A stretch of DNA of 17,075 nt, from NCBI RefSeq assembly GCF_006345805.1, contig NW_021824933.1, positions 1 through 17,075 of the forward strand, in the 5' to 3' direction. Of the stretch, positions 7,468 through 17,000 are shown piece after piece. The notes under the pieces are model-generated. The model did no database searches. It was not told where the DNA came from and saw only the letters and a list, made by a program, of their open reading frames with translations. A program made the translations under genes and the position numbers. This DNA is from Octopus sinensis (taxonomy: Eukaryota). Positions within the stretch are counted from its first letter, which is position 1. The number at the start of each line of letters is the position of its first letter.

Positions 7468-7810
7468 GCGCAGGAGTGGCTGTGTGGTAAGTAGCGTGGC
7501 ACCTTGGGCAAGTGTCTTCTACTACAGCCTCGGGCCGACCAAAACCTTGTGAGTGGATTTGGTAGACAGAAACTGGAAGAAGCCTGTCTTATATATATAT
7601 ATATATATATAATGTGTGTGTGTGTGTTTGTCCACCAACTTCACTTGACAACCGATGCTGGTATGTTTACGTCCCCGTTACTTAGCGGTTCGGCAAAACA
7701 GACCGATAGAATAAGTACTAGGCTTACAAAAGAATAAGACCTGGAGTCGATTTGCTCGACTAGAAGGCGGTGCTCCAGCATGGCCGCAGTCAAATGACTG
7801 AAACAAGTAA
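7466..7810 (+). mobile_element. SINE family A copy with internal deletion of the B-box region
   Basis: GGCGCAGGAGTGGCTGTGTGGTAAGTAGC joins directly to GTGGCACCTTGGGCAAG; the remainder is near-identical to 5482-5940. Confidence 0.9.
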
Positions 7811-7867
7811 TATATACACATACATACATACATAGACAGATAGAGACCCGTAGATAGAGAGAGAGAG

Positions 7868-7910
<43 letters not shown>

Positions 7911-8095
7911 GATATGTGTGTGCTTTTGTATATATATGTGTGTGTACGTGTATGCATCTGTATATATAAAGTAAATGTTTATGCATATATGTAAATTTGT
8001 ATACACACATATACATGTACACAATATGTCTATACATCTTTATAGTTATGTTTATGTACATGTATACCTATTCTATATATGTGTATATGTGTGCA

Positions 8096-8152
<57 letters not shown>

Positions 8153-8155
8153 ATA
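7811..8155. repeat. Compound (GA)n/(GATA)n/(TA)n/(TG)n microsatellite tract
   Basis: Directly visible. Confidence 0.9.
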
Positions 8156-8277
8156 GAAAATAGTAAAAAGTGAAAAAAACTACAGAAGGCTTGTTTTAGA
8201 AGGTTAAAAAATATATATTTGAGTCATTATGTCTGAAGAATAAACCACGTGCTTTCACACACCACTTTCTCACTCTA

Positions 8278-8321
<44 letters not shown>

Positions 8322-8811
8322 AGCACGCCTATAGTCTGTTCGTATGCGTTATATACGCGTAATATTACATGGAAATATATATATATATATTATATATATA
8401 TATATATATATATTAGGTGCATGCGACTGGCAAAGAAACCATTTTTGATTCCAAATCTAATCTAATTACACGGAAAACTCTAATCCATTTCACTCTCTAA
8501 TCTTCATGTTCCCGCCAGAGATTATAGAATCACTATACAGTTCTTGTGCAACAATTTATATATATGTGTGTTTGTGTGTAGTGTTGGCCAAAAGTCGCAC
8601 GACAACGAATCAAAATTCCATAAATACTATCAGTAATTCTGTATTGACTCGAATGGAAAAATATGTCGCTCAAGAACAATTTTCATGGTTTCATATTTAG
8701 GTATTTTTATTAAATTCATTCAGTTGTTAAACATAAATCTTGGAATTTAATGGTTTTGATTTACTGTCAGGTGACTTTTGGCTAACCCTATACATTTTAT
8801 ATATATATATA

Positions 8812-9030
8812 CCTGTGTGACCCCTCTGTCCGGCATTCGTCATGATAGATCGCTAGTCACTAAATCTTTATTATTTTCTCTCTCTGTTTATTTCTGCGGT
8901 TCCTTCTGTCGAAGAGCGTAGGCTCGAAACATAAAAGACTTACTCCTTCCCGAGCGTTAAACTAATACATCTGTTTGTTGTTTAGACGCCCGTCTTCGTC
9001 TTTTGTTTTTGTTTTTTGTAAATTCTCACT
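8812..9030 (+). mobile_element. Penelope-like terminal fragment (family P1) with hammerhead motif at 8901-8938
   Basis: TCCTT-CTGTCGA-A-GAGC GTAG GCTC-GAAA-CATA-AAAGA; downstream TAATACA..TGTTTGTT..CTTCGTCTTTTGTT is shared with 7224-7422; flanked by (TA)n and (CA)n. Confidence 0.6.
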
Positions 9031-9193
9031 ATACACACACACACACACACACACACAGTGAAGCTTTACTATAGCGTCGTAATATTATCGACTGCTGTTT
9101 CCAGTAAACATTGGTGCCTTGTTGGACCATTATTCTATATTTGTGTGTGTGTACGTCCCCGCGCCAGTCCGGCTTCTAGCAACAGATTCTTTG

Positions 9194-9358
9194 GGCGCAG
9201 GCATGGCTGTGTTATTAACAAACTCAGTTCGCAACCACGTAATTTGGGGTTAATCCTAATGCGCGGCACCTTAGCCGATTTTTTTCTGCTAAATGTCCGG
9301 GTCGATCAATGCCTTGCGAATGAATGTGGTGGATGGATATTTCATGGAAGTTCATCGT
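9194..9358 (+). mobile_element. Diverged SINE family A 5' half
   Basis: GGCGCAGGCATGGCTGTGT...GCAACCACG...GCGGCACCTTAG...GGTCGATCAATGCCTTG. Confidence 0.7.
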
Positions 9359-9802
9359 GTGTGTGTTTGGTCGAATTTCCTGTGAGTTAACATGGGATCC
9401 CTTGATGACAATGTAACCTTCATTTAACTAAGGTATATTCGGCCTGAGCTGTAACTAGCAGAGTTCCCCTCGTTTGGGTAATTACTACTTCCGAGGTTCT
9501 GTTTGTTAGTAAACATATTGTTGTCTGGATTTTACCTGCTCCATTTTCTCAATTTGGATTTCTGTTTACATGCTCAACAACCCCAGTTACTAACCATAAA
9601 CCATAAAATAACTTTTTTCAGCTTATCAAACTTCGATATGGGAAATATTTACAACCTTCTACGCCAATAAGCCAATATTGTTCCTAAAAGTTCTGTTTGT
9701 TATACCTTCTACGGGCTGTTCAAAGTTTACTAATTTCCTACTATCTCATGTCTGTATGTATGTATTTATGTACACACATACGGACGTGTGTGCGAGTGTG
9801 TT

Positions 9803-9916
9803 CGTTCAAAATTATACTAACGACAAAAAACAGTGACACCAGAGGATGCAAAAAACAAGGTGTATTAATTTGACGCTCAGGTGAAATGGATTTGACGTTT
9901 CGAGCCTATTCTCTTC
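9803..9916 (-). mobile_element. Penelope-like P1 fragment with 5'-truncated hammerhead (9891-9916)
   Basis: Reverse complement GAAGAGAATAGGCTCGAAACGTCAAA followed by CCTGAGCGTCAAATTAATACACCTTGTT. Confidence 0.55.
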
Positions 9917-9936
9917 TCTCTCTCTGTGTAGTGACA

Positions 9937-9952
9937 CATATATATATGATCC

Positions 9953-9996
<44 letters not shown>

Positions 9997-10100
9997 TCGT
10001 TTCTCTGTTTCTTTCGTCATTCTATGTTCTCGTTTCTATTTTGTCTACGGATTTTTGTCTGTACCCATATATGCATATATATATACATATAGTGAAGGTA

Positions 10101-10189
<89 letters not shown>

Positions 10190-10212
10190 ATCCTTTTATA
10201 TATGTGTGTGTG
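9937..10212. repeat. (TA)n-dominated microsatellite region
   Basis: Long (TA)n runs at ~9957-9992 and ~10107-10176. Confidence 0.9.
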
Positions 10213-10347
10213 AAGGGAAGCTCCAAAGATCTTACCTTAGTAAGCCATATAAGTGAGGAGATATGAGACGTGAAGGTATTTATTTAAGCAGTTGACATCC
10301 TCAAGATCCTATGAATCCATATATTGCACTGTAAATTTGTTAGTTTT

Positions 10348-10557
10348 TGTGTGTCTGTCCCTGCCTTACCGCTTCACAACCAATGTTGCTTCGTTCACGC
10401 CCATTAACCTGGCAGTTCGGCAGTAGACACTGATAGAATAAGTACCAGATTGTAAAAGAAAAGTACTGGAGTCAATCTATTCGACTAAAAACCCTTGTCC
10501 CTTGCAAGAGGTGCCCCAGCATGGCCGCAGTCCAATGACTAAAACAAGTAAAAGAAT
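10348..10557 (+). mobile_element. SINE family A 3' half
   Basis: GCTTCACAACCAATGTTG...GATAGAATAAGTACCAG...GGTGCCCCAGCATGGCCGCAGTCCAATGACTAAAACAAGTAAAAGA. Confidence 0.8.
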
Positions 10558-10601
10558 ATATATATATATTATATATATATATATATATTATATATATATA
10601 T

Positions 10602-10650
10602 ATTCTTTTATTAGTTTCAGCCATACGACTGCGGCCATGCTGGAGCACCT
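10602..10650 (-). mobile_element. SINE family A 3' tail fragment, inverted relative to 10509-10557
   Basis: ATTCTTTTATTAGTTTCAGCCATACGACTGCGGCCATGCTGGAGCACCT. Confidence 0.8.
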
Positions 10651-10701
10651 CAGTGAAATATATATATACAGACTAAAGTATATCTGACTAAACATAATAT
10701 T

Positions 10702-11090
10702 CTTTTCTACTCTAGGCACAAGGCCCGAAATTTTGGGGGAGGGGAGCAGTCGATTAGATCGACCCCAGTACGCAACTGGTACTAAATTTATCGACTACGG
10801 AAGGATGAAAGGCAAAGTCGACCTCGGCGGACTTTGAACTCAGAACGTAGCGGCAGACGAAATACCTATTTCTTTACTACCCACAAGGGGCTAAACACAG
10901 ATGAGGACAAACAAGGACAGACAGACGGATTAAGTCGATTACATCGACCTAAGTGCGTAACTGGTACTTAATTTAACGACCCCGAAAGGATGAAAGGCAA
11001 AGTCGACCTCGGCGGAATTTGAACTCAGAACATAAAGACAGACGAAATACCACTAAGCATTTCCCTAACGATTCTACCACCTCGCCCCTT
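10702..11090 (-). mobile_element. SINE family B dimer with 17-bp target-site duplication
   Basis: Two body units, as in 331-911. Flanked by TGACTAAACATAATATT (10685-10701) and TGACTAAGCATAATATT (11091-11107). Confidence 0.92.
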
Positions 11091-11645
11091 TGACTAAGCA
11101 TAATATTGACGAGAGATATGCCTGCCCTATGTAAATATATTGAAGACGATATAAGAAGAAAAAAAAGTAGGTTTATTTTTAAATTGAAATATTTCCGTTA
11201 CAGACTTTGCATTAAATATTCTTGGAAAGTAGGCTTTTGCTTTTCTTTCTTTGTCTCTTTTCGTTCCAATATGTATTTGCACAGTTGAGTTCTTCGTGTT
11301 CTTTCTCTGGAATCGGTCCTTCTTCCTTATATTTCTTCTGCCCTTTCGTTTCCATATCTCTGTGATGTTTATACGCATAGAATCTCTTTCGTTAGATTTA
11401 CTCCTTGTTTAATCATAAGTTTAGCATTTCTGAGATTCTACGGTTTCTGTTTCTGTGTTGCTCTTGCATCTGCCGGTTCCTTGGGAGGCCTATGGCATAC
11501 CTTTGCCCATCTATTTCTTTCCCTGTCGCTTGCTGCTGCTGTTGTTCTTCTCGTGGTAATCCTGTTCACCGACTCCTTTGTGATTTCTTTATTTAGCTTT
11601 TCCTTTCAAAAGGAATCCCCTTTACGAGTGAATCAGAAATCTAAT

Positions 11646-12058
11646 TCACACACACACACACATATTTATGTATGTATATATTATGAATGTTTGTGTATGT
11701 ATAAATATGTATGTGTATATATAACCACCAATACGGTATTCTACAATCATTCTCATTGTTCGACATTTACGTGTGTGTGTGTGTATATATATATATTGAT
11801 ATATGAATGTATGTATATACATACGTGTGTGTGTATGAATGTATGTGTATATATATGTGTGTGTATGAATATGTGTACACATATGTGTGTTACGTGTGTA
11901 TGAATGTAAGTGTACACATACGTGTGTGTGTGAATGTATGTGTACACATAACGTGTGTGTGTATGAATGTATGTGTATATTAATGCATATGTATACCTGT
12001 GTGTGTTTGTATTTATGTATGTAAATGTGCAGGCATGTGTGTGTGTGTGGGGGGGGGG
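11646..12058. repeat. Compound (TG)/(TA) microsatellite with recurring GTGTATGAATGTA units
   Basis: Directly visible; the TATGAAT motif recurs several times between 11680 and 11970. Confidence 0.85.
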
Positions 12059-12460
12059 GGTAAAGAGACAGTTTGCAACCGTATGGTTACGGTTTCAGTT
12101 CTACTGCGTGACATCTTGAGCGAATGACCTCAAATATAGCCGCGTGTCGACCAAAGACTCGGATGTGGCTGGCGAAAACTGAAAGAAACCCGTCACACAC
12201 ACACACACACACCACACACACACACACACACGCGTGTCTTTTTGTCTGTCTGTCTCCCACCACTGCTTGACAACCAGCGTTGATATGTTTACATCCCTGT
12301 AACGTAGCGGTTCGGCACAAAAGACCGATACAATAAGTACCAAGCGTTAAAAAGATTAAAAAAGCAAATACTAGGATCGATTCGTCCAACTAAAACTCTT
12401 CAACGCGGTGCCCCAGCATGACCGCAGTCTAATGGCTGAAACAAGTAAAAGATCAAAAGA
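12059..12460 (+). mobile_element. Diverged SINE family A with internal (CA)n
   Basis: GCAACCGTATGGTTACGGTTTCAGTTCTACTGCGTG...AACTGAAAGAAACCCGTC-(CA)n-...GCGGTGCCCCAGCATGACCGCAGTC...GAAACAAGTAAAAGA. Confidence 0.85.
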
Positions 12461-12567
12461 ATAGACACCCATCCGTTTATTATATCGCATTATTGTATTC
12501 ACTTAGTTTGTCTCGTTTATGTCACAGTGAAACAGCGTCGCTGGTTTCACTTTCGAATTTCAGTTTT

Positions 12568-12662
12568 ATCTCCTGACGAAATGGTCCATCCATTACGTTT
12601 AAATTAATTACGTAATCTTCCACATGATTTTTGTATTTTAACTGTTGAAACAGCTGTAGAAC
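12568..12662 (+). ncRNA. Type I hammerhead-like motif (family P2) with long stem II insert
   Basis: Canonical CTGACGA 12573-12579; AATGG (12580-12584) can pair with CTGTT (12642-12646); GAAA 12647-12650; palindromic ACAGCTGT stem III; GUA triplet ending at 12658. Stem I is weak (TC/GA). Confidence 0.5.
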
Positions 12663-12829
12663 TTCAGAGTGTAGTTAAAGAACATCTGTGAAATCCTTTT
12701 GTTTTTATATTCTCTCTCTCTCTCCCTCATATGTACGTACGTACGTATGTATGTATGTATGTATGTATGTATGTATGTATGCATGCATGCAGGCGTGTAT
12801 GTATATACGTACGCATTTGTATATGTGAA

Positions 12830-13144
12830 GGCGCGTGGCTTGATGGTTGGCGTGTTCGGCTCATGATCGTAAGGTTGTGAGTTCGATAAATGGCAGCGCG
12901 TTTTGTCCTTGAGCAAAGTATTTTATTTCATGTTGCCCTAGTCCACTCAGCTGGCAAAAACGAGTTGTACCTGTATATCAAAGGGCTAGCCTTGTCACAG
13001 TCTGTCACACTGAATCTCCCTGAGAGCTACATTAAGGGTGTGTCTGTGGAGTACTCAGCCATTTGTCTGTTAATTTCATGCACAGGCTGTTTTTTTCTGA
13101 TCGGATCAACTGGAACCGTTGTCGTCGAAACTGATGAAGGGCCA
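12830..13144 (+). mobile_element. SINE family C, full length
   Basis: GGCGCGTGGCTTGATGGTTGG A-box region, GAGTTCGATA B-box, GTCCTTGAGCAAAG...GTCCACTCAGCTGGCAAAAACGAGTTG; homologous to 3493-3762. Confidence 0.85.
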
Positions 13145-13165
13145 GTTGTGTTTTTTTTTTATTTT

Positions 13166-13437
13166 TATTCTTTTACTTGTTTCAGTCATGTTGACTGCGG
13201 CCATGTTGACTGGAGTACCGCCTTTACTCGAACAAATCGATCCCAGGACTTTGTAAGCCTAGTACTTATTCTATTGGTCCCTTTTGCCGAACAACTAAGT
13301 TACAGGAAGGTAAACACACCAGCATCGGTTGTCAGGCGATGGTGGGGGAGATAAACACAGACGCACAACACCACACACACACTCACACACACAACACACC
13401 AACACACACACACACACACACACACACACCACACACA

Positions 13438-13478
<41 letters not shown>

Positions 13479-13494
13479 ACACACATATATATTA

Positions 13495-13525
<31 letters not shown>

Positions 13526-13638
13526 TATATTAACACACACACACACGATGGGCTTCTTCCAGTTTCTCTACCAAATCCACTCACAAGGCTTTGGTTGGTC
13601 AAGGCTATAGACGAAGACACTTACCCAACGTGCCATAC
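13166..13638 (-). mobile_element. SINE family A (head truncated) with long internal (CA)/(TA) tract
   Basis: TCTTTTACTTGTTTCAGTCA..GACTGCGGCCATG; microsatellite 13365-13545; CCAAATCCACTCACAAGGCTTTGGTTGG. Confidence 0.85.
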
Positions 13639-13681
13639 ATGAACTTCTAATATGAATAATTTCGAAGCTAAAAATGAAAAT

Positions 13682-13888
13682 ATCATCGTTTAACGTCTGT
13701 TTTTCCACGCTGGTATGGGTTGGACGGTTTCACTGAAAACTGGCTAGCTGGGGAGCTGAACCAGGTTCCAGTCTGATTTGGCAGGGTTTCTACAGCTGGG
13801 TGGCTTTTCTAACGCCATCCACTCCAAGAGTATAGTGGGTGCTTTTTATATGTAAGTTATGTAACACTGGCATCAGCCATGACTACTA
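13682..13888 (-). mobile_element. 3' part of another SINE/LINE-tail element ending ...GACGTTAAACGATGAT
   Basis: Reverse complement ends ACCCATACCAGCGTGGAAAAACAGACGTTAAACGATGAT (RTE-like tail with GAT repeats). Contains a degenerate GGATGCCCTTCCTAACGCC-type motif (GGGTGGCTTTTCTAACGCC) common in metazoan SINE bodies. Confidence 0.5.
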
Positions 13889-13958
13889 TCTCGTGTGTAT
13901 GCATGTATGTATGTATGGTATGTTACATACATACGGACGTGTGTGTGTGTGTGTGTTA

Positions 13959-14077
13959 GTTCAAAATTGTACTAACGGCAAAAAAAAGAGTCAGCTGAGG
14001 ATGCAAAAAACAAGGTGTATTAATTTGACACTCAGGTGAAATGGAACAGTCTTTGACGTTTCGAGCCTATGCTCTTC
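13959..14077 (-). mobile_element. Penelope-like P1 fragment with 5'-truncated hammerhead (14049-14077)
   Basis: Reverse complement GAAGAGCATAGGCTCGAAACGTCAAAGAC (GUC triplet); near-copy of 9803-9916. Confidence 0.55.
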
Positions 14078-14092
14078 TCTCTGTGTGTGTAT

Positions 14093-14372
14093 AGGCACAC
14101 TGTGGATGAATAACTAAGAAATTTGCTTTGTCACCAGGTTCGATCCCAACGAGTGGCATCTTGGGGAAATGATATTTTCTTTAGCTTCAAGTCCATACCT
14201 TGTGAGTGTAATTGGACCGTTGGAAACTGTACAGAAGCCCATTGGATAGGTTCTACTTGTGTTTCTAACAGTACAGCCATATTACACACTGTGTCACACA
14301 GATTCTACCTGAGAACTATTTTAAGGATCCACCACCAGTCTGTGGTATACTCAGCCACATATGCGTTAATTC
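14093..14372 (+). mobile_element. Diverged SINE with A-type 5' half and C-type 3' part
   Basis: GGTTCGATCCC...GGCATCTTGGGGAAATG...CCTTGTGAGTG...GGAAACTG..GAAGCCC (A-like), then CTGTGTCACAC...CCTGAGAACTA...GTCTGTGG..TACTCAGCCAC...GTTAATT (C-like). Confidence 0.55.
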
Positions 14373-14402
14373 AAGGTAAATGCCACACTCTCAAATTATT
14401 TG

Positions 14403-14755
14403 AAGGTACAGACGTGGCTCTGTGGTAAAAGGTTTGTTTCCCAACCACATGGTTCCATGTTCAGTCCCACTCTGCGGGACCTTGGATGGACAAGTGTCAT
14501 CTGCTATAGTTTGGGCTGACCAAAGTCTTGTGAGTGGGTTTGGTAGACGGAAACTGAAAGAAGCCCATGTGTGTTTGTGTTTGGCTACAACCATAACTTA
14601 GCAACTCAGCAAAAGAAACTGATAAAATAAGTACCAGACCTTAAAAAAACAATAGAAGTTTTGGAGTGAATACGTTCAACTAAAATTCTTCAAGGGGGGG
14701 GGGTGCCCCAGCATGGCCACAGTCTAAATGACTGCAACAAGAAAAAGGTAAAAGG
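14403..14755 (+). mobile_element. SINE family A with minimal internal microsatellite
   Basis: GTGGCTCTGTGGTAAA, GTTCAGTCCCAC, GAAACTGAAAGAAGCCC, GGTGCCCCAGCATGGCCACAGTC. Confidence 0.85.
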
Positions 14756-14947
14756 TATGCTTAATTAATTAATTAAATGATAAAAGGAAACCTGTATTTT
14801 AGCTTTAATTAATCCCTTTCAAAATAATTTGCTGTCAGTAATTAACTAAACTAATTAAATCCCATGGCTGAGTATACCTTAGCAAAATTGTTTATTAAAA
14901 TGTGAAGTATGTTATTTACTCTTGTTTAAGTTATTTAAATTTATATC

Positions 14948-15107
14948 ACAGACATGGTTGGGTTGGTAAGAAGATTGTTTCCCAATCGTGTGGTCTTTGG
15001 TTCAATCTCATTGCACAGCACCTTGGGCAAATGTCTTCCGCTAAAGCCCTAGGTCGATCAATGCCTTGAGAGTGGATTTCATAGATGGAAACTGAAAAGA
15101 AGCCTTT

Positions 15108-15167
<60 letters not shown>

Positions 15168-15381
15168 TATGTAGGTGCATGTGTGTCTGTTTCTCCCCCA
15201 CTGCTGCTTGACAACTGATGTCTGAGTGTATACAACTATGTAACCTAGCAGCTCAGCAAAAGAGACTGATAGAATAAGTACCACACTAAAAAAAAAGTCC
15301 TGGGTTCAATTCATTCCACTTAAAAATTCAAGTCAGTGCTCCAGCATGGCTACAATCTTGTGACTGAAACAAGCAAAAGAT
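14948..15381 (+). mobile_element. SINE family A, full length, diverged
   Basis: GGTTCAATCTC, GCACCTTGGGCAAATGTC, internal (TG)/(TA)/(CA), GTGCTCCAGCATGGCTAC..GACTGAAACAAGCAAAAGA. Confidence 0.85.
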
Positions 15382-15434
15382 AATACACTCACACTCACAC
15401 TCACACACACGCATCTATCTATATATTCTCTTAT

Positions 15435-15675
15435 TCATTTACTTGTATCAGTCATTTGACTGCGGCCATGCTAGAGCACAGCCTTAAAGGGTGTTAGTGG
15501 AACAAATCGACCCCAGGACCCCTTTATTGAGCTCAGTACTTATTTGATACTCCTCTTTTGCCAAACAGCTAAGTTACAGGGATGCAAATACACCAAGTGA
15601 TGGTGACAGGGACAAATAGACAAAAACACAAATATATATATGTGTGTGTGTGTATATATATATATATATACATAC

Positions 15676-15706
<31 letters not shown>

Positions 15707-15870
15707 TACATGTATATGCAATGGTCTTCTTTCAGTTTCCGTCTACCAAATTCACTCACAAGGCTTTAGTCGGCCCGAGGCTATAGTAGAAGACACTTGC
15801 CCAAGGTGCTACACAGTGGGACTGAACATGGAACCTTGTGGTTGGGAAGCAAGCTTCTTACCCCACCCCC
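15435..15870 (-). mobile_element. SINE family A, full length, tail-to-tail with 14948-15381
   Basis: TTTACTTGTATCAGTCATTTGACTGCGGCCATGC...CTTTCAGTTTCCGTCTACCAAA...CACTTGCCCAAGGTGC..GGGACTGAAC. Confidence 0.88.
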
Positions 15871-15895
15871 ATAAATATATATATATATATATATA

Positions 15896-16165
15896 ACTAA
15901 TGTAGGATAAAATTTTTTTTGAAAAAAATTTTATTAATGGCCAGCATATCAAAAAATACCTTTAAAGGTTAAATTTATAAATAACTTATAAAATAAGGGC
16001 AAAAGAAAAATTCTAATGCCAAATATGCCGAAAAAAAGACAAAATTGTCAATAACCATTATAATTTATGCGTCTTGAAACAAGCCGATAGAAATTTCTAA
16101 AAAATCCGTTATTACCGTATTGGTCCCAATTTCGGGGTTAATTCATAAGAATTTTCCCCTCTTCA
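15896..16165 (-). mobile_element. Penelope-like terminal fragment (family P3) with hammerhead motif at 16111-16165
   Basis: Reverse complement TGAAGA-GGGG-AAAATTCTTATGAATTAA-CCCC-GAAA-TTGG-GA-CCAA-TA-CGGTAAT gives core, stem II, stem III and an AUA triplet. C3 and the 5' strand of stem I are replaced by (TA)n. Block flanked by (TA)n. Confidence 0.55.
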
Positions 16166-16200
16166 TATATATATAGTATTCATATATATATAGTATTCTT

Positions 16201-16320
16201 TAACATGAATAATATTGACACTGACTTTGAACTTTTGGCCAGGGAAGCCATCGTTGGACTGTCCCAATAACATCTTAGCTGGCTGAAACTTCAAAGTCAC
16301 TATCAACACTATTTTTGTTA
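16201..16320. repeat. Inverted repeat / MITE-like hairpin (42-bp arms, 36-nt spacer)
   Basis: 16201-16242 versus the reverse complement of 16279-16320 match at 33 of 42 positions without gaps. Confidence 0.7.
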
Positions 16321-16677
16321 TAAAAAAATGATAAAATTTCTAACCAAAAAATATTAATTTTTCAGTTTAATATAAAATTGTTTTTACAACAACATAAAAA
16401 GAAACGTTAACACACACACCCACACATGCACACAAAGACACACACACACACACACACTTTATCCAGCAGACTTGTTTATTTGCCCTGATTTACTTCAGGA
16501 GTAGAAACTGTTTGTGTGCCAATGCGAAACGGGTTTGGTTTGAGGGAGAGGTTGTTGTTGTTTCTTGGAAGCTAATTTCTAAGAAACCTGCCACGTGACA
16601 AACTCTCTTTATTGGTCCGAGACACTGTTTCTGTGTCTCATCTCTTTTGTCATGCCAGGTCACCCACCACCCTGATA

Positions 16678-16695
16678 AATATATGTATATGTATG

Positions 16696-16750
<55 letters not shown>

Positions 16751-16954
16751 CACACACACATATAGTGTATATATGTATGCATATATATGTATGTATGTAT
16801 ATATGTATGTGTGTCTATGTATATATATATATATGTATGTCTATGTATATATATATGTATGTATATATATATATATGTATGTCTATGTATATATATATAT
16901 ATATGTATGTATATATGTGTGTATGTATGTCTATGTATATATATATATATATAG

Positions 16955-16989
<35 letters not shown>

Positions 16990-17000
16990 GTGTGTGTGTA
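16678..17000. repeat. Compound (TA)n/(TATG)n microsatellite with recurring TATGTATGTCTATGTA units
   Basis: Directly visible. Confidence 0.92.

Noticed and set aside
8156-8276. Block between (TA)n tracts with GAAAGCACGTG on the minus strand and CTGAAGA on the plus strand
   Set aside because: The two boxes are on opposite strands and no consistent hammerhead stems form.
8781-8790. CTAACCCTA, telomerase template-like
   Set aside because: Single short match in AT-rich DNA with no supporting structure.
9390-9730. Possible old Dong/R4 remnant (minus-strand QTELLGTILAYWRRRL*)
   Set aside because: Similarity to the C-terminal motif is too weak to call without a search.
13126-13145. CGAAACTGATGAAGG hammerhead-like words
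   Set aside because: The boxes are in the wrong order with no stems, and the site lies in the SINE C tail.
16480-16675. Unique block with CACGTG, CCAAT/ATTGG and a GAGACAC/GTGTCTC hairpin
   Set aside because: Short motifs expected by chance, with no independent support for an enhancer or exon.
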